A DNA stretch of 63,779 nt, filler included, from Guillardia theta CCMP2712 (taxonomy: Eukaryota; Protista; Cryptophyta): assembly GCF_000315625.1 (NCBI RefSeq). It is 4 parts of 4 records of this genome, joined end to end, with 100 filler letters (N's around TTAATTAATTAA, not from the genome) between each part and the next. Parts side by side here need not be neighbours in the genome. Positions count along the whole stretch, not along the records: positions 14,729 to 24,094 come from NW_005434269.1; positions 24,195 to 56,029 come from NW_005434556.1; 2 more parts are not named here. One strand, 5' to 3'. Below, piece after piece: positions 21,619 through 35,099 of this stretch. The translations under genes were made by a program, and so were the position numbers. Within the stretch, counting starts at the first letter, position 1; every line of letters begins with the position of its first letter. Under the pieces are notes generated by a model. The model ran no database searches. It was not told the DNA's origin and saw only the letters and a program-made list of their open reading frames with translations.

Positions 21619-23517
21619 CTATTCCTGAGGCGGAGGATCAGCAGGAGGCTGAGCTCTTGCTGACGAGGACGAAGAGACTGTCCCAGGAGGAGCAGAAGCG
21701 GATGCGACTGCAGGGGAATGCGTGACGGGAGAGCCCGGGTTAGGAGCTGGAGCACCATTCTGAAGGAGAGCCGTGATGGCATTGACGATGGCGGCTTGAC
21801 TCGCTGGAGGATGGGAGGGCTGTGTCACGGCGGAAGAAGCATTGCGATCAGCTTGCTTTTTCTTGCGGCAGTACTTCAACGTGTGTCCAGAACGTTTGCA
21901 GTACGTGCAGAAATAATTTGGGGGAGAACCGGAGGACTGCGCGGGAGCTGGGGAGGGCTGAACTCCTGGCGTCGACGGAGAGGGTTGAAGGGCACAAATA
22001 GGCTGTGGAGCCGGAACCAAAGAAGACGGTTTAACGAAGGCGAAGGCTTTCTGTGCGAGAAGCGACATCGTGGCAGCTGTAGCAGGATGCATGTGCGCGA
22101 TGGGGACCATGACGAGTCGAACTTCCGGGTCGAGAAAACCGTTGGCGAATTGTTGAAGAAGATTGTGCTCTTGAAATACGACAGTTTCAGATTTGTAGAG
22201 TAAGAGTTCGTCAACATAACGTTGCGTCCGAAGAGTATAATCAGTGATCGATTCGTTGACGCCTTGACAGAGATTGGTCACTTGGTGCTGTAGTTTGGCG
22301 ATGTGAGCCGCGGGAGGAAATTGCTGCGTGATGAAAAGACAGAATTCCGACCAGGGAAGAAGAAACCATTCGTCAAGAGGACGATCGTGAGACATGCGTT
22401 GAAGAACAGAGTCATCAAGAAATGTCGTTGTATAGTAAACCCATAGATTGCCGGAAATGCGTTGAACAGACAGAGCGCGTCCCATCTGAGAGAGCCAGCT
22501 GTGAATGCTTCGAGAATCAGCCTGACCAAGAAAGGGGGTGATGGACGTTCTGGGCTGAAATTTCGGGAGTTTGTCACCAGGGAAAGGTTGAGAAGGACGG
22601 ACGGGCGTGGGCTGAGGAATCAGCGACATGCACGCGTCACGAGAGGGATTCTGCGGCATGTTAGAAGCACGAATACCTGGCAACGGAGTCATCAGTCGCT
22701 CTGGTAAGAGAGAAACTGGAGGTGGAGCTTCGGGAATCGACGAAGGGTCTGACTCAACCGGGATGACATGCGTCTGCATCAGCCGAGGGCTGGGAGGGGA
22801 GGGAGAACTCGCCATGCGCGGAGACGTCTGCGCGCTAGACGGTGCTGGGAGGGGCTTCAAGCGCTGCCCTTGCTGCCACAGAGGTTGAAAGGGCGGAAAC
22901 CAGACGGTCTTGAAGTTCGTAGGATTGAGCAAGTAGACGATCATTGAATTCCTGAGATTGCTCAAATTGACGATCCAGCTTGCGTTCAAGTGCTTCTTGA
23001 CGTTGCTGGGCATCTGCGTTCTGTTGCAGGAGTAAAGAAAAAGTTGACGAAGAGATGGTTCCTTGTCGTTGGTGGCAGGAGAATTTCGACCTGAAGACAT
23101 CGCAGGGATGGGCTCTGCGGCAGGTGCATTCCGACCCGAAGACATCGCAGGGATGGACTCTGCGGCAGGGGTACGCGGAGAAAAAGCACCAAAAGCGGAA
23201 GGACGGGAAGCATGCGGAGCTGGAGACTCCTGAACGAAGATAGACGGGCCTGGTACTGGCGTGAAAAAAAATGGGCGAGCACCAGAAGCTGGATGGGAAT
23301 CCTGCTGTGGTCGATCTTGCATAATTGAATCATCATCTTTCGTTGCAGAAAAAGGACGGGGGAATTGAAACTGTTGAGCTCCAACATTTGGGTGGATCGA
23401 AGTTGAATCAGAGACTTGTTCCGTAGATCTCGGAATCCTTCGTTCACTGGTCTGAGCCTTACGCGATTTTCTCACTTTCAATACTGATAGTTTGCTTGCT
23501 TTCTTTGCTGAAATCAT
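21619..23517 (-). CDS. gag: Gag with CCHC zinc knuckle (true start uncertain)
   Basis: CTYCKRSGHTLKYC knuckle and a capsid-like LCQGVNESITDY motif. Confidence 0.85.
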   Translation of the reverse strand: MISAKKASKLSVLKVRKSRKAQTSERRIPRSTEQVSDSTSIHPNVGAQQFQFPRPFSATKDDDSIMQDRPQQDSHPASGARPFFFTPVPGPSIFVQESPAPHASRPSAFGAFSPRTPAAESIPAMSSGRNAPAAEPIPAMSSGRNSPATNDKEPSLRQLFLYSCNRTQMPSNVKKHLNASWIVNLSNLRNSMIVYLLNPTNFKTVWFPPFQPLWQQGQRLKPLPAPSSAQTSPRMASSPSPPSPRLMQTHVIPVESDPSSIPEAPPPVSLLPERLMTPLPGIRASNMPQNPSRDACMSLIPQPTPVRPSQPFPGDKLPKFQPRTSITPFLGQADSRSIHSWLSQMGRALSVQRISGNLWVYYTTTFLDDSVLQRMSHDRPLDEWFLLPWSEFCLFITQQFPPAAHIAKLQHQVTNLCQGVNESITDYTLRTQRYVDELLLYKSETVVFQEHNLLQQFANGFLDPEVRLVMVPIAHMHPATAATMSLLAQKAFAFVKPSSLVPAPQPICALQPSPSTPGVQPSPAPAQSSGSPPNYFCTYCKRSGHTLKYCRKKKQADRNASSAVTQPSHPPASQAAIVNAITALLQNGAPAPNPGSPVTHSPAVASASAPPGTVSSSSSARAQPPADPPPQE

Positions 23518-23548
23518 CCTTTGAGATTCTGAATCAGTGCTGGAATGT

Positions 23549-23567
23549 GAACCAATTCGCTACCATA
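23549..23567 (-). promoter_or_regulatory. Primer-binding site (TGGTAGCG..., tRNA 3'-CCA complementary, iMet-like)
   Basis: The minus strand reads TATGGTAGCGAATTGG immediately inside the 5' LTR. Confidence 0.7.
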
Positions 23568-23738
23568 TGTTGTATACACAACCTTGCGTAAGACGTTGAG
23601 CTCAGATGATCTTAGGATCTCTGTTTATTAAGCACACACACTCATCAGATCAGCAGCACCACTGCAGGAATCTGCATCGTCATCCTATTTCCCTACGCTA
23701 CGTCCAAGGGGCGTCCGGTATGAGTCCAGAATACAACA
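23568..23738 (-). repeat. 5' LTR (171 bp)
   Basis: Identical to 17569-17739. Confidence 0.97.
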
Positions 23739-23850
23739 GCTTGGGTCGACCCCGGCAGAGCTTGAGGGCCTTCCTGGTAGGCAGAGCATGGAAGTCCAGC
23801 ATGCCCCATGCCATTGAACCAGGAGAGTTAAATGAGCTCGAGGTCGTCAT
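23739..23850 (-). pseudogene. 5' part of the HTH gene interrupted by the retrotransposon
   Basis: MTTSSSFNSPGSMAWGMLDFHALPTRKALKLCRGRPK continues as LHDPRSRKL on the far side of the element. Confidence 0.7.
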
Positions 23851-24094
23851 GGGGATCAAGCCCGAATCTTAGAACGAAGAGAGGTAGAGGAAGGTCAAGT
23901 GCTGTGCGGCGATAGAGAGTGGTAGGAGAAGAAGTGGTGCTAGTGGTGATGGGAGGAGGAGGAGGAGGAGGAGGAGGAGGAGGAGGAGGAGGAGGAGGAG
24001 GAGGAGGAGGAGGAGGAGGAGGAGGAGGAGGAAGGAGGAGGAGGAGGAGAATGAGGATGACTACGTTGACGATGACTAGGAATATGAGGAGGAG

Positions 24095-24194
24095 NNNNNN
24101 NNNNNNNNNNNNNNNNNNNNNNNNNNNNNNNNNNNNNNTTAATTAATTAANNNNNNNNNNNNNNNNNNNNNNNNNNNNNNNNNNNNNNNNNNNN
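24095..24194. other. Artificial contig linker (N44-TTAATTAATTAA-N44)
   Basis: Same structure as 14629-14728. Confidence 0.95.
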
Positions 24195-24229
24195 CTGCCG
24201 TTCACGTGGCTAACCTCAGTTACCTGACA

Positions 24230-24504
24230 CCTTCTATGGTTAGAAAACAAGAGTGATCAGCAAATGAAAGGAGCCAGACAATAGAGGATCAGCAGGACGA
24301 GGAGCAGGAGGATCGAGAGGAGCGGCAGGACGAGGAGCAGGAGGAGGAGGAGCAGCAGCAGCAGCAGGAGTCCTTGGATTCCTTTCAGCTTGTCTGACCG
24401 CAATCTGACTTGTCATTCAGATTGCTGACCTGCGATCTCAACATTGCAGATGAAATCTACAAGTCAGCAACCTCTGATGCTATAGAGTGTAAATATACTG
24501 AACA

Positions 24505-24542
<38 letters not shown>

Positions 24543-25325
24543 ACTTGAATCTTTCAGGACACCCTGCGCAACCTTCCCATCGTCGGCCTCATCCTTCTTG
24601 CCACCATCAATGATCATCAATCATCATCATCATCATCATCATCGTCATCGTCATCGTCATCATCATCATCATCACCGTCATCATCTTTCCATCTTTTCTT
24701 CGCTCCTTGTTGCTGCTTGTTGTCCTTGACACGTGAAGTGACATGACAAGGGTCCATCACATGCGATGAAGACGCGAGATAGTCGCGCGGACGAGGACAA
24801 GGCTCTTTCTTCTCTTGCTGATCTCCATCGCATCTCGTCCTCTCCTCTCCTTCACTTGAATCATCCGCACTGTCCTCCCCATCAAACTGGCGGATCTATA
24901 ACTCAACGCAAAGAACAGAAAGAGAAGCAGACATGGAAGCGATTGCAGCAGACCAAGAAACGTAGGAACCGGGAAACACTAAGACAAAACAAAAGAAGCA
25001 CCAAATGCAGTAAACGCCCTTCCCCGCACAGCTGAGGTGCGGGAATGTTTCATCAACACTCCACAAAGTTTCGCACCTCAGCTCAACGTTGGATCTATGA
25101 CTTGAATGGTGACACTCTTGTAGGGACTTACATCGCATTTGTTGGCTACTCTTGTATGGCATACCCTTGCTGCAGCCCTTCAGCCAGGATATCGTGACGT
25201 GCCGAACTTCGTCAATTCATGACTGTAAGAAAATGCATCTAAACAATGTTTCATATGATTGTATGAGTGATGCGTGCTGCCTTCAACCAACCAAGAGTAT
25301 CTGCGAAATCAACAGTCCATGCAGA
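24230..25325. repeat. Segmental-duplication spacer, near-identical to ~47728-48810 (partial copies at 34465-34720 and 44490-44605)
   Basis: Long shared sequence and matching ORF-track translations. It begins with the last exon of the coiled-coil gene. Confidence 0.9.
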
Positions 25326-25353
25326 AGGAAGTTTATTGTCTTCGCTGCAGACC

Positions 25354-28300
25354 TCAAGACACTGAAACATTGAAATCGTGAATCATTTCTAGAACAATCT
25401 TGCCCTTCTCTTGTATGATGGTATTCTGCTTGAAGCTGTTCATGGCATCAGCAACAAGATCTCTCACACGAGACTCCATCAGCCGGCTCTGCATGAACAA
25501 TGTCAAACTAGGCTCAAGGATATAAAAATAAACGACCTTTCCAATTGCATCTACATCCAACAGTGCTAGATATGATACAGCCTCAACCAGTAAATCCTGG
25601 CTGTGAGGATGTGCTTGCATGGCTGCGAGCACGGCCTCGATGCCCCCGAGCCCCGCGATCTTGAGACGGTTGTCGGCGTTGGCAGCCAGGTTGCAAAGCA
25701 TTCTGCACGCCTGCTGCTGTACAGGCTGGCTGGCGGGATGTGCGCGCATGGCTGCGAGCACGGCCTCGATGCCCCCGAGCCCCGCGATCTTGACACGGTT
25801 GTGCGCGATGCAAGCAAGAACCCATAGCGCCCTACACGCCTGCTGCTGTACATCCTGGCTGGCGGGATGTGCTTGCATGGCTGCGAGCACGGCCTCGATG
25901 CCCCCGAGCCCCGCGATCTTGCCAGAGATGTTGGCATTGGCAGCAAGAACCCACAGCGCCCTGCATGCCTGCTGCAGTACTGGCTGGCTGGCGGGATGTG
26001 CTTGCATGGCTGCGAGCAAGGCCTCGATGCCCCCGAGCCCCGCGATCTTGACCTCGTTGTCAGCGTGGAAAGCCAGGTTCCAAAGCGCCCCGCACGCCTG
26101 CTGCTGTACAGGCTGGCTGGCGGGATGTGCTTGCATGGCTGCGAGCACGGCCTCGATGCCCCCGAGCCCCGCGATCTTGACCTGGTTGTCGGCGTTGGCA
26201 GCAAGGGTGGCTATTGCCCCGCACGCAGGCCCCTGTACGGGCTGGCTAACGGGATGTGCACGCATGGCTGCGAGCACGGCCTCGATGCCCCCGAGCTCCG
26301 CGATCTTGACCTGGTTGTCGGCGTTGGCAGCCAGGCTCCATAGCGCCAAGCACGCCTGCTGCTGTACAGGCTGGCTGGCGGGATGTGCTTGCATGGCTGC
26401 GAGCACGGCCTCGATGCCCCCGAGCCCCGCGATCTTGACCTGGTTGTCAGCGTGGAAAGCCAGGTTCCAAAGCGCCCCGCACGCCTGCTGCTGTACAGGC
26501 TGGCTGGCGGGATGTGCTTGCATGGCTGCGAGCACGGCCTCGATGCCCCCGAGCCCCGCGATCTTGACCTGGTTGTCGGCGTTGGCAGCAAGGCTCCATA
26601 GCGCCCCGCATGCCTGCTGCTGTACATCCTGGCTGGCGGGATGCTTGCGCATGGCTGCGAGCACGGCCTCGATGCCCCCGAGCTCCGCGATCTTGACACG
26701 GTTGTCGGCGATGACAGCAAGAACCCATAGCGCCCTGCATGCCTGCTGCAGTATGGGCTGGCTGGCGGGATGTGCTTGCATGGCTGCGAGCACGGCCTCG
26801 ATGCCCCCGAGCCCCGCGATCTTGACACGGTTGTCGGCGTTGGTAGCAAGGCTCCATAGCACCCAGCATGCCTGCTGCTGTACGGGCTGGCTGGCGGGAT
26901 GTGCTTGCATGGCTGCGAGCACGGCCTCGATGCCCCCGAGCCCCGCGATCTTGACCTGGTTGTCGGCGTTGAGAGCCAGGTTGCAAAGCGCCCCGCATGC
27001 CTGCTGTTGTACGGGCTGGCTGGCGGGATGTGCACGCATGGCTGCGAGCACGGCCTCGATGCCCCCGAGCCCCGCGATCTTGACCTTGTTGTCGGCGTTG
27101 GCAGCAAGGCTCCATAGCACCCAGCATGCCTGCTGCTGTATGTCCTGGCTGGCGGGATGTGCTTGCATGGCTGCAAGCACGGCCTCGATGCCCCCGAGCT
27201 CCGCGATCTTGACACGGTTGTCGGCGTTGACAGCCAGGTTGAAAAGCGTCCCGCATGCCTGCTGTTGTACGGGCTGGCTGGCGGGATGTGCTTGCATGGC
27301 TGCGAGCACGGCCTCGATGCCCCCGAGCCCCGCGATCTTGACCTGGTTGTCGGCGTTGGCAGCAAGGCTCCAAAGCGCCCCGCACGCCTGCTGCTGTACA
27401 GGCTGGCTGGCGGGATGTGCTTGCATGGCTGCGAGCACGGCCTCGATGCCCCCGAGCCCCGCGATCTTGACACGGTTGTCGGCGTTGAGAGCCAGGTTGC
27501 AAAGCATTTTGCACGCGTGCTTCTGTACGTCCTGGCTGTCAGGATGTGCACGCATGGCAGCGAGCACGGCCTCGATGCCCCCGAGCCCCGCGATCTTGAC
27601 ACGGTTGTCGGCGCTGCAAGTTAGTTTCCATAGCGCCGCGCACGCCTGCTGCTGTACATCCTGGCTGGCGGGATGTGCTTGCATGGCAGCGAGCACGGCC
27701 TCGATGCCCCCAAGCTCCGCGATCTTGACCTGGTTGTCGTCGTTGACAGCCAGGCCCCGCAGCGCCGCGCACGCCTGCTGCTGTACAGGCTGGCTGGCGG
27801 GATGTGCACGCATGGCAGCGAGCACGGCCTCGATACCTTTGTGCTTCGCAATTTTGACGCTTGATTTGATGTTTGTCTTTGCCAGTTCTCCCAGTATTTT
27901 GCACGTGGTTACCTGTACATCCTCACTCAATTGATGGGTCTTCACATTCTTCTTTCCCATTGCTCTTATGACAAGCTCTATTCCTATCCGTTGCATCTTG
28001 CCCTTGTTTCCAGGTCTTTGCAGCTCCTTCAAGATTCTCACGATCTCCTCCGCGCTGCTCGCTTGCTCCAGTTGGTCTATCACGCAAGCATTTGCCATGG
28101 AGCTGCTCGAGGTCTGGTTGGATGGCGACACATGGCCGGATTTCTCTTCTGAGCTTTTCGATCCTTGACCAGCACCCGAGTCTGACTTGTTTGTCTGAAG
28201 CTCCTTCTTCAGAGCCATTTCAACACCTCCTGAGTCAGCTCCCAGCTTCTCCATACTTGCCTCTGTTGGTGCTACAGCATTCCTACCAGCCTCGCAAGCT

Positions 28301-29097
28301 GCTGCATCGATTTTGTCACCGTCTTGATCTTCATCATGAGGTTCAAGTCCTCCTGTCTTGACTTTCTTTCGCTGAGGACCCTCGTCTCCTTGCGGTCGAT
28401 CGTGAGTGTCTTCCCGTCTCCTCCATGTGATCACATCGCTCGACACCCGAGCCAGCAGGTGACTTTCAGGGCATGCAAACCGAGACAGGTCCTTGACATT
28501 CGCATGCAGCGACAGGTTCCGACCCATCCAGTAGTACAGCTTCTTGGTGAACTTGATCGCGTCCTCGTCTGCTACTGCTGCCTCGTGCCCGATCACAAAG
28601 TCCACATGCTTGATCAGCTCCTGCGCTACAATACCTGACCAGCACAAGTTGAGCACCACCAGACGCAGCTTCTTGCTCCCCTTGACCACGTGACTCAGAG
28701 ACCTTGCAAGCTGCTCAGCGGAGATGCTCTTGCCTCCTATCTCGATGTTGCCGCTCTCGGTGCCATGGCAGGCCAGGTGGAGGATGACGGGCTGATGATC
28801 GTCAATCTCACACATGAGGTCTTCGAAGTCCCGGTAGAAGCTCGACTCAAAGCTCACGCTCGCAGCAAACTTGATGAACGCCGCGTCTCCTTTGGCGCGA
28901 GCTCCTTTCATAAACTCCTCTCTGATCTCCTTCCTCTCCCGCTCTACATCCAAGTCGCTGCGCTCCTTCGCGTCGGCGAAGAAGAGGACCTTGTGAGGGA
29001 GGTCGCATGAGAAGAGAGAGTCGTTCGTATCGTCTGCTGCATGGTCGAGCTGCTGGTCGTTGCAGCAGACGCAGATCTTGCTGAGCGTACTAGTCAT
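25354..29097 (-). CDS. CHAT protease-armadillo repeat protein, copy 1 (17 full 43-aa repeats plus terminal repeat)
   Basis: KVLFFAD...LDVERE, VILHLACHG (catalytic His), LVVLNLCWS (catalytic Cys) and FVIGH...DEDAIKF...LY, followed by 129-bp tandem repeats KIAGLGGIEAVLAAMxAHPASQxVQQxACxxLxxLA. Small in-frame intron near 25490-25538. Confidence 0.9.
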   Translation of the reverse strand: MTSTLSKICVCCNDQQLDHAADDTNDSLFSCDLPHKVLFFADAKERSDLDVERERKEIREEFMKGARAKGDAAFIKFAASVSFESSFYRDFEDLMCEIDDHQPVILHLACHGTESGNIEIGGKSISAEQLARSLSHVVKGSKKLRLVVLNLCWSGIVAQELIKHVDFVIGHEAAVADEDAIKFTKKLYYWMGRNLSLHANVKDLSRFACPESHLLARVSSDVITWRRREDTHDRPQGDEGPQRKKVKTGGLEPHDEDQDGDKIDAAACEAGRNAVAPTEASMEKLGADSGGVEMALKKELQTNKSDSGAGQGSKSSEEKSGHVSPSNQTSSSSMANACVIDQLEQASSAEEIVRILKELQRPGNKGKMQRIGIELVIRAMGKKNVKTHQLSEDVQVTTCKILGELAKTNIKSSVKIAKHKGIEAVLAAMRAHPASQPVQQQACAALRGLAVNDDNQVKIAELGGIEAVLAAMQAHPASQDVQQQACAALWKLTCSADNRVKIAGLGGIEAVLAAMRAHPDSQDVQKHACKMLCNLALNADNRVKIAGLGGIEAVLAAMQAHPASQPVQQQACGALWSLAANADNQVKIAGLGGIEAVLAAMQAHPASQPVQQQACGTLFNLAVNADNRVKIAELGGIEAVLAAMQAHPASQDIQQQACWVLWSLAANADNKVKIAGLGGIEAVLAAMRAHPASQPVQQQACGALCNLALNADNQVKIAGLGGIEAVLAAMQAHPASQPVQQQACWVLWSLATNADNRVKIAGLGGIEAVLAAMQAHPASQPILQQACRALWVLAVIADNRVKIAELGGIEAVLAAMRKHPASQDVQQQACGALWSLAANADNQVKIAGLGGIEAVLAAMQAHPASQPVQQQACGALWNLAFHADNQVKIAGLGGIEAVLAAMQAHPASQPVQQQACLALWSLAANADNQVKIAELGGIEAVLAAMRAHPVSQPVQGPACGAIATLAANADNQVKIAGLGGIEAVLAAMQAHPASQPVQQQACGALWNLAFHADNEVKIAGLGGIEALLAAMQAHPASQPVLQQACRALWVLAANANISGKIAGLGGIEAVLAAMQAHPASQDVQQQACRALWVLACIAHNRVKIAGLGGIEAVLAAMRAHPASQPVQQQACRMLCNLAANADNRLKIAGLGGIEAVLAAMQAHPHSQDLLVEAVSYLALLDVDAIGKVVYFYILEPSLTLFMQSRLMESRVRDLVADAMNSFKQNTIIQEKGKIVLEMIHDFNVSVS

Positions 29098-29398
29098 GGT
29101 CTGTCAGGTCATGGGGGAGGAAGAGGAGGGAAGGCGCTAGAGCGTCAGACATGCCATGAGCTCCTGCTGCGATGACCTCTGAGCATGGGCAGCGGCTGCC
29201 ACGAGAGCGCCAATCAAATTATATTCAGTATTCGGGGGGGGCATGAAATAGATTCCCAGCAGCTTTTGTCTGAATCTTTGAAGATTTCATGTATTAATTC
29301 AAATGAGAATTTCTTGATCGAAAGATCAAGAAGGCGGAGGGGGGTGGGGTCCTGAAGGATGAATGAAAAGGTAGTCATCACTCAGTGATGACTAGCAT

Positions 29399-30243
29399 GG
29401 GCTACCCCCGGCTAGGCTGCCTCCCACCTGTGATCGTTGTGCTACAGCTCTGGATCCATCGGCGGGAAGCAGTGTCTCTCATCTGGCCAATTGTCGTCAT
29501 CGCACTGCTCTCTGGACCACTGCACATGAGCAGTGCACTGTGGTTCTTCGCGACATTTGTGTGGAGGCTGGTATCGTCACGAAGCTCCATCAACAGGGAC
29601 TGCGACACACCCGGACCCTTGTTCCTCAGCATGGCCCCACCAACCGACACATGGGCGACCTTTGGCTCCCTGGCCTCTCCACCCACACCTGGAATGGGCT
29701 GGTTCTGGACTTCACGATGACACATCCCTACAACAGCAGCGGCAGCCCCGTCGGACTTTCTGCGCTCTCCGGCCCCGCCCAACAGAAGATTTCGGATCAT
29801 CGCGCCAGTTATGGCACCCATCACCCGCCGAAGGCCTTTCTTCCCTTCACTGCAGGTACGGATGGTCTTCTTCATGCTGACGCTTTGCGGTTTCTCTGGT
29901 ACCTGGCGGATCACCATGGAGCTACGCTGACAGCGGAGTGGGATGGATGCGCTCAGGAGGCGGTGTATGGGGACCCTGGCTTTCATCGTTTGCGTGCTCG
30001 CCTGTTTCGGCAGTATCGCTCTCGTATGGGTCTTGCCGTCCTCCTCGCAGGGGCCTTGCGCTACTGCTCTTTGTCCTGATCCTTGTTCCCCTGCTTGTCG
30101 TGCATGCCGTCGCTTACGTGGTTGGAGTGCCGGTTTTCGCTGTCTCCTTCGTTTCCTAGTATTTTATTGAGGCGGGTTTGTAGGCTTTATCCTCCCCCTC
30201 CTTTGTTTGCTTCGGTTTGCCCTTCTTTTTCAGTCAATAAACC
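29399..30243 (+). mobile_element. 5'-truncated non-LTR retrotransposon (CCHC plus restriction-like endonuclease, CRE/R2-type 3' end)
   Basis: The frame reads GLPP...CDRC...HLANC...AH...GDLW...LDFTMTHP...FLPFTAGTDGLL, then a 3' UTR ending CAGTCAATAAA. Confidence 0.7.
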
Positions 30244-30362
30244 TGGAGTGATGCATGGAGGGGGAGGGGATTGGAGGAGGTATGGAGTATAGGGCAGAGG
30301 ACATAGAGCATGGGCTAGCTTACTGTCTAGATGATCTTGTGAGAGCTGAGAGAGGCTGCTAG

Positions 30363-34501
<4,139 letters not shown>

Positions 34502-35099
34502 AAGGAGCCAGGCAATAGAGGATCAGCAGGACGAGGAGCAGGAGGATCGAGAGGAGCGGCAGGACGAGGAGGAGGAGGAGGAGATTTCCATTGCTTTAAG
34601 TTTGTCTGACTACCACTGACTTGTCATTCAGATCGCAGACTTGCGATCTCATGATTGCAGATGATATCTTCAACAACCTCTGATGCTATAGAGTGTAGAT
34701 ATCCTGAACAATGCTGCTGCTGCTTGTTCTGCTTCGAACGCCTTTGGATCATCCCCGCACCTGAGAACTCGTGCTTAGGGTTTACGATATTTGATGATTC
34801 CGGCATAGAGCATGTGATTTACGTTGAGAATTGGTGAAGTGTTCAACCCCAGGAGACGAGCTTGTAGGATGACTGCGGTAATGGTCAGATGGTGAGTTTA
34901 GCAAAAGTCATAACAGGTATTGTGCCTCGTATGTAATCAATCGTAACAATACAGCATGTACACGTGTAAACCTGGTGCACATTGCTTTAAGACATATCGC
35001 GTTTTCCTTACACTACCAGCAGTGTGATTGGCGCTGTATTGATGACAGCATTACATAGCTTGATTTGTGTACATCAGCATGCTACAATGATCGACAACG

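Larger units (their letters stand above)
17569..23738 (-). mobile_element. Full-length Ty3/Gypsy LTR retrotransposon (chromovirus)
   Basis: Identical 171-bp LTRs with TGTTGTAT...ATACAACA ends, 5-bp TSD GCTTG (17564-17568 and 23739-23743), a PBS, gag, and pol in PR-RT-RH-IN-chromodomain order. Confidence 0.98.

Noticed and set aside
23549-23567. Tf1-type self-priming of the chromovirus
   Set aside because: No complement of the PBS was found in the LTR. The PBS has TGG two bases inside the LTR, as expected for tRNA priming.
25619-27934. Long antisense and alternative-frame ORFs over the ARM arrays (771, 885, 829 and 575 aa)
   Set aside because: These are shadows of a GC-rich 129-bp unit that lacks stops in several frames. 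The products are not protein-like and end with the arrays.
17569-29097. Retrotransposon RT as the diversifier of the ARM repeats (DGR-like)
   Set aside because: It is an ordinary Gypsy RT separated from the cluster by an artificial linker. No template repeat or adenine-specific pattern was evident.
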